DNA from: a virus | Lineage: Duplodnaviria > Heunggongvirae > Uroviricota > Caudoviricetes | Reading direction: 5' to 3' (one strand) | IMG/VR virus record: IMGVR_UViG_3300016476_000987 | Length of the DNA: 49,638 bases | Part shown: positions 42,485-49,638 of the stretch, one piece after another | Position numbering within the stretch: the first letter of the stretch is position 1 | Layout: each line of letters starts with the position of its first letter | The notes under the pieces: generated by a model | Database searches by the model: none | What the model was told of the DNA's origin: nothing | Seen by the model: the letters and a program-made list of their open reading frames with translations, nothing else | Program-made: the position numbers and the translations under genes

Positions 42485-44487
42485 GTATAGATTACCAAAA
42501 GTTTATAAGATCTGATTATAATACAACAATAAACGCAGTTTCATCTAGCGTTGACTCTGTTATTTTTAAAAAGGTTAACCCTTACCAAGGAATACTGGAG
42601 CCGGTTCAAGTACAAGATGGGAAGTATCAGGACCCTGCGTACACCCGTCCTAGATATGATGGAGCAAAGTCTACTAGCGCTAAATACATATTTTATACTC
42701 CGGGAGACACTTCTTATGGTAAAACAGCCGCTATTGATTTTAATACTACAAAATTTGCTTGGGCTAACCCTACAGATCAAAGAAGTTTAGATTTTTTTGA
42801 TAAAACAATCCTAAATTTAAGATATCTAGTAGATGTTACCGGGTCTTTAACAGAATTGTCTAGTAAAAACTATAATTGGTTTGAAATACAGAATACTTTC
42901 AAAAAAGGAGATTCTGCTAGTATATCTTTATTAGACAAGACTAAACCTTCTAATCAAACTGGTTTGGACGGTCCTAAAATAGTACATGAGTCCGGATATA
43001 GATATAGTCCTATAGTTTTTAGAGAACTAAATGAGCCTTTAACATTCTTGTATGATACTCCAAAAGAAACTACCACAGCTAAGCTTGGAGTAAAGTGTGT
43101 AAGCACTCCTTCCTATCTATTCCAGACGGTAGGAAATGTTGATGCTGATTTTACAGACACCGCTCATCCATGGGCCTATTTCAAAATAGACGGAGTAGAC
43201 CAGCCAGGAATTCCTTTTTCTTATAATAGACTTCCTATATCTCAATGGCCTTATAATAATCAACAACCTTTAAATACTAGAGGTCCCTACAAAAGATTTG
43301 ATGGTACTTTCTTTACTAATACAGAACTGGGTCTTGATTTTTCAGCAGACAGAAATGGAGGAAGGTACTTTTATACATTAGATTGGTTTACTCCCGATAA
43401 ATCTGGATCAGCTGATGGAGGATACGTTACCAATGATAGTATAGACAGTATGAGAGTGGTTACTTCTGGGGGGCAGAGATATTCTTATTTTGAGGCTCCT
43501 AGAACTTCAGAGTACTCGGTAAATGTAAATGTGCCTCTTAAAATAACCTACTTAAGAAATGCAGATCCAGGACCTTCAGTTTTAAAAATAGTAGCTATTG
43601 TAGAAAAGCAGACTTTTGGTACTGCTAATTGGGATTATGTCGGAGCATCTACTATAAAAGCTACAAATATACCAAATACCAGTCCTTATGGAGGAATAGG
43701 CATAGATGAAGTAAATAGTTCTTTATTTTTAGATCATGCTCCTATAGGTAATAATCCATATGTAGAGATTAACTGTATTATAAATAATTTGAAAGTATCC
43801 TTAGCTAAAGATGATAGAATAAGAGTTAGGCTTTTTTCTATAGAAGTCATGAACTTTTATTGGCGAACTGAATCTATATACTTTGAAATAGCTGGAGGAG
43901 ATGCTTCTAAAGGGTATTTTGAAGTTTATGATCAAATAGCATCAAATCTAACTTTAGATTTTGATCAGGTTATAAGAGGAACTGATTCTGGGTACTCTAT
44001 GTTTTATAGAACATCTGAAGATACAATAGAGTTTGATTCTAGCGCTTCTCTTCTCTATAACAATAGTACTTTCTTCGCTCCTACTGGAAGTGCTTCTGAT
44101 CCTATAGGATATTATTATAGCGGAGTAGACTCTAAGTTTGTATTTGAGCCCGGCGATATGATAAGATTCGGATCTTACTATTCAATAAACCCTGATTTTT
44201 ATTACATAGATCAGGTAATAAATCCAGAGATTGATTATAGCACTAATCCAGAAACAGTAAGAATACCCTTAAGAATAAAATTGGATAGGTTTATAAATGA
44301 GTCAAAAGTAAATAGTAGAGCTTTTGCTTTTTTTAAGAAAAGAAAAGATGAGACCTGCGTAATAATTAACTATAAAAAACAAGAAGGAATATCTTCTAAT
44401 TTTCTACTTATCCCTTATAATCTATACGGGCCTATAGAAAGAGATACTAGTAATATCATTAGGTCTTTAAGAGATATTATTTTGTAA
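42481..44487 (+). CDS. putative tail/baseplate structural protein
   Basis: 668-aa ORF, beta-rich composition, module context. Confidence 0.7.
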   Translation: MSIDYQKFIRSDYNTTINAVSSSVDSVIFKKVNPYQGILEPVQVQDGKYQDPAYTRPRYDGAKSTSAKYIFYTPGDTSYGKTAAIDFNTTKFAWANPTDQRSLDFFDKTILNLRYLVDVTGSLTELSSKNYNWFEIQNTFKKGDSASISLLDKTKPSNQTGLDGPKIVHESGYRYSPIVFRELNEPLTFLYDTPKETTTAKLGVKCVSTPSYLFQTVGNVDADFTDTAHPWAYFKIDGVDQPGIPFSYNRLPISQWPYNNQQPLNTRGPYKRFDGTFFTNTELGLDFSADRNGGRYFYTLDWFTPDKSGSADGGYVTNDSIDSMRVVTSGGQRYSYFEAPRTSEYSVNVNVPLKITYLRNADPGPSVLKIVAIVEKQTFGTANWDYVGASTIKATNIPNTSPYGGIGIDEVNSSLFLDHAPIGNNPYVEINCIINNLKVSLAKDDRIRVRLFSIEVMNFYWRTESIYFEIAGGDASKGYFEVYDQIASNLTLDFDQVIRGTDSGYSMFYRTSEDTIEFDSSASLLYNNSTFFAPTGSASDPIGYYYSGVDSKFVFEPGDMIRFGSYYSINPDFYYIDQVINPEIDYSTNPETVRIPLRIKLDRFINESKVNSRAFAFFKKRKDETCVIINYKKQEGISSNFLLIPYNLYGPIERDTSNIIRSLRDIIL

Positions 44488-44550
44488 CAAAGACATAAGT
44501 TTTGATATTTATATACAAAATACAGTAGTTAACCTTTAAAAATTAAAAAA

Positions 44551-45207
44551 TTGGGATACTTAAATAATGTTGTAGTCACAGTGGATGCCATTCTTACTAA
44601 AAAAGGCAGAGAACTGTTAGCTAGAAACGATGGGTCTTTTAAAATAACGCAATTCGCTTTAGCTGATGATGAAGTCGATTACACTCTCTATAACCCCAAT
44701 CATCCTTCAGGATCCGCTTTTTATGGAGAAGCTATAGAAAACATGCCTTTATTAGAGGCATTTCCTGATGAAACTCAGGTGATGAAATATAAGTTAGTAA
44801 CTCTTCCCAGGGGAACTAGCAAGCTTCCTGTAATAAACGTAGGCTATAATAATATCACTTTAAAACAAGGAGCTTCTCTCGTAGTCACTCCTCAAACTTT
44901 AAATTATCTGGGGGCTACTAGTACTTTTGAGCCAAATGGGTATATTGTTACAGTAGGAGACGCAAGATTGCTGTCTACTTTTACAGGAACAGGTATACAG
45001 GTAGCTACTACTGGTCTAGCTAACTTAGCTACTACTACCGGTACTCAAATTAGTAAAAGTGTTATAGGAACTTCTTTTACTTTAATAGGAACCACTATAG
45101 ACACATTATTTGGATCTAGTCTGAAAGAATTAAGTACTACTATGACAGTTATGGGTAGAGATTCCGGGGCTAGAATAACTATTCCTTTAACCGTAACAAA
45201 AAAATAA
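44551..45207 (+). CDS. conserved tail/baseplate structural protein (TTG start)
   Basis: VDAILT.KGRELLA...F.ITQFALADDEVDY. Confidence 0.75.
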   Translation: MGYLNNVVVTVDAILTKKGRELLARNDGSFKITQFALADDEVDYTLYNPNHPSGSAFYGEAIENMPLLEAFPDETQVMKYKLVTLPRGTSKLPVINVGYNNITLKQGASLVVTPQTLNYLGATSTFEPNGYIVTVGDARLLSTFTGTGIQVATTGLANLATTTGTQISKSVIGTSFTLIGTTIDTLFGSSLKELSTTMTVMGRDSGARITIPLTVTKK

Positions 45208-45216
45208 TACTAAGTA

Positions 45217-46245
45217 ATGTCATTTATACAGTTTTTACCGGATGATAGTGTGATAAGCTCTGAACTCATTACTGCTCCTATGTGGACAGCTAATGCGTAT
45301 ACTTTAACTGCTTCCTTTTCTTCTAGCACACAAGAATCGTCTACAAGCGGAAAATCCTACTTAAATGTGTACAACTTAGCGTATGATGCCTCAGGATCTG
45401 AGGTTCAATATGCTATAGCGTATGGGCATATTTCAGGCAGTGGCTCAGCTTTATTTAATTCTGCGGTTAATGAAAAAAGCCCCACCAGAGACATATATGG
45501 TCAGTTTAGAAACGTAGCCTACGGAGACGAGGCCGCTGTTTTTAATTTTGGAGGTACTGGTGGCAGATCTAGAGATATTTTTGTAATTACGGTAAATCGG
45601 TCTAAATATAAAGAAAGCATTAATCCGGGTACTTGGGGATTAACTCTAAGTAATGCAGGAAATACTATTTCTTTGACAGATAACAGTAAAGATAGTTCTG
45701 TAGTCAGCTTTATAGGAGGAAATAGAGTGTATAACATTGTTAGTGGTACTTTAGGAAGTAGTTACAACACTTCTTCTGTTCAAACTAATAGTGGTAGTTA
45801 TGGACTATTTTTCCCTGATATGGGGGCTTTTATATTGAATCCAAGAGCGTTAGCATTAGCGTACGCAGACGGAGGGATTTCTCTTTCTATTAATGAAACC
45901 GCAGCGCCTAGTTATACGGCAGGGTATAATATAAACAACTCTACATTATTTAGAGCAATATCAGCAGGACAATATTTCGCAGCGAGAAGTCAAGAGACGA
46001 TTTCCTCTAGGTATTTCTTTGTTAATGTTAAAAGCGGACAGCTGAATTATACTACTAATCCTTCTATTATAGATACGAATGGGAATGTTCTATATTCTAC
46101 TTTAATAGATAATCCTCAGACATTTCCTACCACCATAGGAATGTATAATGAAACTGGAGAGTTATTGGCTGTAGCAAAGCTGAGTAAGCCTCTACCTAAA
46201 GATTTCACAAAGCAGTTGACTTGCAGAGTTAAGCTAGAATTTTAA
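45217..46245 (+). CDS. baseplate/tail-collar-like structural protein
   Basis: C-terminal TTIGMYNETGELLAVAKLSKPLPKD...RVKLEF resembles a fibre-attachment/collar motif. Confidence 0.65.
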   Translation: MSFIQFLPDDSVISSELITAPMWTANAYTLTASFSSSTQESSTSGKSYLNVYNLAYDASGSEVQYAIAYGHISGSGSALFNSAVNEKSPTRDIYGQFRNVAYGDEAAVFNFGGTGGRSRDIFVITVNRSKYKESINPGTWGLTLSNAGNTISLTDNSKDSSVVSFIGGNRVYNIVSGTLGSSYNTSSVQTNSGSYGLFFPDMGAFILNPRALALAYADGGISLSINETAAPSYTAGYNINNSTLFRAISAGQYFAARSQETISSRYFFVNVKSGQLNYTTNPSIIDTNGNVLYSTLIDNPQTFPTTIGMYNETGELLAVAKLSKPLPKDFTKQLTCRVKLEF

Positions 46246-46261
46246 ATCGTTATGAATAGAA

Positions 46262-47650
46262 ATGTCATCATTCAAAAGATTAAATAACGCAGACGTTGTA
46301 TCGCTACCTTACATAGCTAATAAACTGTGGGAGTTCACTTCTTGTGGGCTTAATACTAACGGTATAGCTGTTCTTAGCGGGAAGAAGATGTCAGGAAGTT
46401 TTAATCCTGATACAGAATTTAAATACGGAGGACAGTACGAAAGACTAGTTTACTCTTCGGTAAATCATCTTTTTTATCAAGAGTTTTCTGGTTCTTTTTT
46501 AGATAATCATTCCAATTTAACTTCAAATAACTACGAGAGCGCTTCTATCTACAGAAGGTCCGGTTCTTATGAGAACTATACTCCTATAGGGTATATGTAT
46601 AAGAATTTTCCAACTGGATCCGGACAAGAAATAAAAGTCTTATCTATACCGACATCTCTATATTCAACTAAACTAAATCCTGGATCTTTTATTATATCTG
46701 CTTCTTCTTTTTATTTAGCAGACGATAAAAAAGGAAATATATACGACATATCAGGATCTAATAACATCCACGTAGGTAATATATTTTATCAGCATGGTTT
46801 AGCAGTAATAACAAATCAAAGCTATCAAAATTTATTTCCTGTTCCTCCTTATGCTGCTGATGATTATTATGAGTATAAAAAATCAACAAGCCCTAAGACT
46901 CTATATCCCTTAGCTAACGATAGTGCAAAATATTGGACCGGATTGTCATCCTCTATAGTTTTATCTGGGTCTAATTCTTCTATGTTTACTATAGTAGGAG
47001 ACGGGTCTTTAACTTTTTCAGGGACTACTCCAGGAGAGTATCCTGTTTATTATAAGTATTCTAGTCAATCTCCAGACTCTAGTTGTACTTTGGATTCTAA
47101 TTATGCTAAAATAACTGTAAAAATTAAACAGCCGGTATGTAGTATTGTATTTACAGTAGAAGAGATTGCCGATTGCATTATTGTTGGAGGGTCTGCTATA
47201 GTAGTAACTTCTACTCCTACTCCGACTCAAACACTGACTCCTACTCCTAGTACTACGCCAGGATTGACTAGTACACCGACTCCAACTACGACTACTACTC
47301 CTACTCCGACTAGAACTGGTACCCCCGCTCCTAGTCAAACATCTACACCTACTGTGACATTAACTGCTACTCCTACTTTAACTAAGAGTACTCCTTTAAC
47401 ATTTGAAACATATTCTAATTGTGGATATGGGAATTCTCCCTCTGAGGCATGTGCAGACTTTACTTCTAACCCAAAAAATCTGTATTCTAATTGTTTAGGA
47501 AGCATATCTAATGGATGCACTATATATCCAGTATCTACAGGAAGAGTTGTGCTTACTGGATACGATTATGTATACATAGATGGGATGTTGCGAACAATAA
47601 ATTCTACTAATGGGCAAATAACTGGAATAGCCCCAGTAACCTGTTTATGA
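46262..47650 (+). CDS. structural protein with a Thr/Pro-rich linker and a Cys-rich C-terminal module
   Basis: GNIFYQHGLAVIT region, TPTPT repeats, SPSEAC...C...C. Confidence 0.75.
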   Translation: MSSFKRLNNADVVSLPYIANKLWEFTSCGLNTNGIAVLSGKKMSGSFNPDTEFKYGGQYERLVYSSVNHLFYQEFSGSFLDNHSNLTSNNYESASIYRRSGSYENYTPIGYMYKNFPTGSGQEIKVLSIPTSLYSTKLNPGSFIISASSFYLADDKKGNIYDISGSNNIHVGNIFYQHGLAVITNQSYQNLFPVPPYAADDYYEYKKSTSPKTLYPLANDSAKYWTGLSSSIVLSGSNSSMFTIVGDGSLTFSGTTPGEYPVYYKYSSQSPDSSCTLDSNYAKITVKIKQPVCSIVFTVEEIADCIIVGGSAIVVTSTPTPTQTLTPTPSTTPGLTSTPTPTTTTTPTPTRTGTPAPSQTSTPTVTLTATPTLTKSTPLTFETYSNCGYGNSPSEACADFTSNPKNLYSNCLGSISNGCTIYPVSTGRVVLTGYDYVYIDGMLRTINSTNGQITGIAPVTCL

Positions 47651-48537
47651 AAAAAACTATATTAATAGCATTAAATAACATAGGATCAGACGCAGGGCCT
47701 TTTACAATATCGACAAACGTAGAAGGAATTATTGCAACTGGCGTATCGGCTACTAGTTTAATATCTGGGTATTATACAGAAGTAGCGATTTCTACTACTG
47801 TTGTGTATGTTCAATCTACTGGAGAATGTAGCACAGAAGTTACTTTAATTATAGAGCCAAATCCTACACAAACTACTACTCCTGGACTAACTTCTACAGC
47901 TACTCCTACGGTTTCTGTAACTAGAACTCCTACAAGGACTCCCACTTCCTCAACAACTAGTACAGCTGTCCCAACAAGCACCAGTAATCCCACATCAACG
48001 CCTACTCCTACACAAACCGCTACCGCTTCTCCAGCTATATGGCAGTTAGTAGGCGCATATGATGGAAATACGTCTTGTAATGGAGAAGTAAAGTATACAG
48101 ATTGTAATGGAAACCCTCAAACGATAAATGTTACTGATTTAGAGTATACTTATATATGTGCATATGGGATACCTATATGTACTGATTCCTGTGTAAATAT
48201 AAGTTATTATTCTGCTGGGTCTATAGTTCCTACTGCTACTCCTACTGCTACTCCTGGATTAACTCTTACGCCTACTAGTAGTCCTACTATTAGCTCAACT
48301 GCCACTCCTACCCAAACAGTAACTTCTACACCAACAAACACTTTAACAGGAACGGCTACTCCGACTCCAACTCCTACTTTAACACCAACACAGACAAATA
48401 GTCAGACACCTCTTAGGACGAGAACTCCTACACCTACTCAAACAGTAACTTCTACTCCTACTGCTACTAGGACATTGACCCCTAGTCCGACCAGTACTCC
48501 TACTGAGACATTTATTATTCCTTTTGAGTTTGCATAA
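47647..48537 (+). CDS. Thr/Pro-rich mucin-like protein with Cys-rich modules
   Basis: N-terminal DAGPFTI...QSTGEC module; two long TPT tracts. Confidence 0.75.
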   Translation: MKKTILIALNNIGSDAGPFTISTNVEGIIATGVSATSLISGYYTEVAISTTVVYVQSTGECSTEVTLIIEPNPTQTTTPGLTSTATPTVSVTRTPTRTPTSSTTSTAVPTSTSNPTSTPTPTQTATASPAIWQLVGAYDGNTSCNGEVKYTDCNGNPQTINVTDLEYTYICAYGIPICTDSCVNISYYSAGSIVPTATPTATPGLTLTPTSSPTISSTATPTQTVTSTPTNTLTGTATPTPTPTLTPTQTNSQTPLRTRTPTPTQTVTSTPTATRTLTPSPTSTPTETFIIPFEFA

Positions 48538-48549
48538 AATATTTAAATT

Positions 48550-49638
48550 TTGAAAAAAACAATTATCATATTAATAGAAAGTATAGGGACAGATGCTGGT
48601 CCTTTTACGATATCTAGCGATATTGATGGAATAATTGCTTCTGGTATTTCTTACAGTATGTTAACATCTGGTTTTTATGCCTTGGTGGATGTAGCTACGA
48701 ACATTGTGTATATACAGTCTACTGGAGAATGTAATACTAGTTTAACAGTATCTATAAATCCTAGTCCTACTCTTACTTCTACTCCTATATACACACCTAC
48801 CCCTACTCCTACTCAAACAGTAACATCCACCCCATTACCGACTCTTACAGCTACATGTAATCGACCAAATGGGTTATATCAAATGAATTTTTGGTCTAGC
48901 ATATGTTTAAATGGGGCTTGTACAGAATTTAAAAATACGTATCAACAAGCTTGTGACGCAGCACAATTATATATAGTAACTGATGTAGTTTATTATTATA
49001 TTGGAGTAGTAGGACAATATTATTCTCATACTGTAGGACAGCTTGTGTATTTTGGAGTATCTACTGATTGTTCTTTGATGCCTACAGGATATTATATAAC
49101 AAATTCTGAGTTCGGAGAAGTGACTTATATTCAAGATGGAGTTATAATTTCTATTACAAGATGCGTATTTCCTACTTTAACTCCAACTCAAACTCTAACT
49201 TCTACTAGTACACCTGGACTAACTCCAACTCAGACCTCAACCCAGACAGTAACTCCAACACTAACTGCCACGCAAACAGTAACTGCTACTAGCACTCCTA
49301 CTGTTAGTTTAACTTCTACATCTACACCTACTCAAACAGTGACTGCTACCCCTACTAATACACCTACTCAAACAGTGACTGCTACCCCTACTAATACACC
49401 TACTCAAACTTCAACAAGTAACCCGACTGCTACTCCTACACAGAGTGTGACTTCTACGCCTACTCAAAGTGTTACTACTACTGCTACATCTACTAATACG
49501 CCTACTCAAACAGTAACTTCTACTCCTACTCAAACGGTAACTGCTACTCCTACTCAAACTTTGACACAAAGCGTCACTACAACTCCTACTCAAACAACTA
49601 CCCCGGGAGCTACTCAAACTGCTACTCCTACTCAAACA
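48550..49638 (+). CDS. Thr/Pro-rich paralog of 47647-48537 (TTG start, 3'-truncated; not in ORF track)
   Basis: Own translation MKKTIIILIESIGTDAGPFTISSDIDGIIASG...QSTGEC...; open to the window end. Confidence 0.75.
   Translation, partial: MKKTIIILIESIGTDAGPFTISSDIDGIIASGISYSMLTSGFYALVDVATNIVYIQSTGECNTSLTVSINPSPTLTSTPIYTPTPTPTQTVTSTPLPTLTATCNRPNGLYQMNFWSSICLNGACTEFKNTYQQACDAAQLYIVTDVVYYYIGVVGQYYSHTVGQLVYFGVSTDCSLMPTGYYITNSEFGEVTYIQDGVIISITRCVFPTLTPTQTLTSTSTPGLTPTQTSTQTVTPTLTATQTVTATSTPTVSLTSTSTPTQTVTATPTNTPTQTVTATPTNTPTQTSTSNPTATPTQSVTSTPTQSVTTTATSTNTPTQTVTSTPTQTVTATPTQTLTQSVTTTPTQTTTPGATQTATPTQT
49324..49409 (+). repeat. perfect 36-nt in-frame tandem repeat (~2.4 copies, encoding TPTQTVTATPTN)
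   Basis: ACACCTACTCAAACAGTGACTGCTACCCCTACTAAT x2 plus a partial copy. Confidence 0.85.

Noticed and set aside
47018-49635. Ser/Arg-rich minus-strand ORFs (47018-47338, 49411-49635 and others)
   Set aside because: Artefacts of the antisense reading of ACT/CCT repeats in the Thr/Pro-rich genes.
1-49638. Stop-codon reassignment (alternative genetic code)
   Set aside because: Long structural genes are uninterrupted under code 11 and coding density is already high.

Overview
A 49.6 kb fragment of a large myovirus-type (T4-like baseplate) phage genome. The host is most likely Bacteroidota: there is a canonical TTTG-N20-TAnnTTTG promoter at 28866-28897, and start codons have A-rich leaders without a Shine-Dalgarno sequence. 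Region 1-25.3 kb is a dense minus-strand array of about 65 small, mostly unknown early-type genes. It includes a RadC/JAB protein, a motif-permuted GHKL ATPase, DUF6745-, DUF6915- and DUF6878-like proteins, several paralog pairs, one tRNA-Thr and several aberrant tRNA-like RNAs. Region 23.2-25.7 kb is mostly non-coding. It holds four near-perfect chromosomal parS palindromes, two DnaA-box-like sites and a candidate ~700 nt structured ncRNA. Region 25.8-28.9 kb (minus) encodes an SNase nuclease, a thioredoxin and an MmcB-like nuclease. After a strand switch at ~28.9 kb, the plus strand carries an HD protein, a sigma factor, a baseplate/tail module (gp5-, gp25-, gp6- and gp7-like), an M15 peptidase and Thr/Pro-rich mucin-like structural proteins running off the window. 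Family names are recalled from motifs, not from database searches. Start codons were adjusted by eye where overlaps or leader motifs suggested a downstream start.
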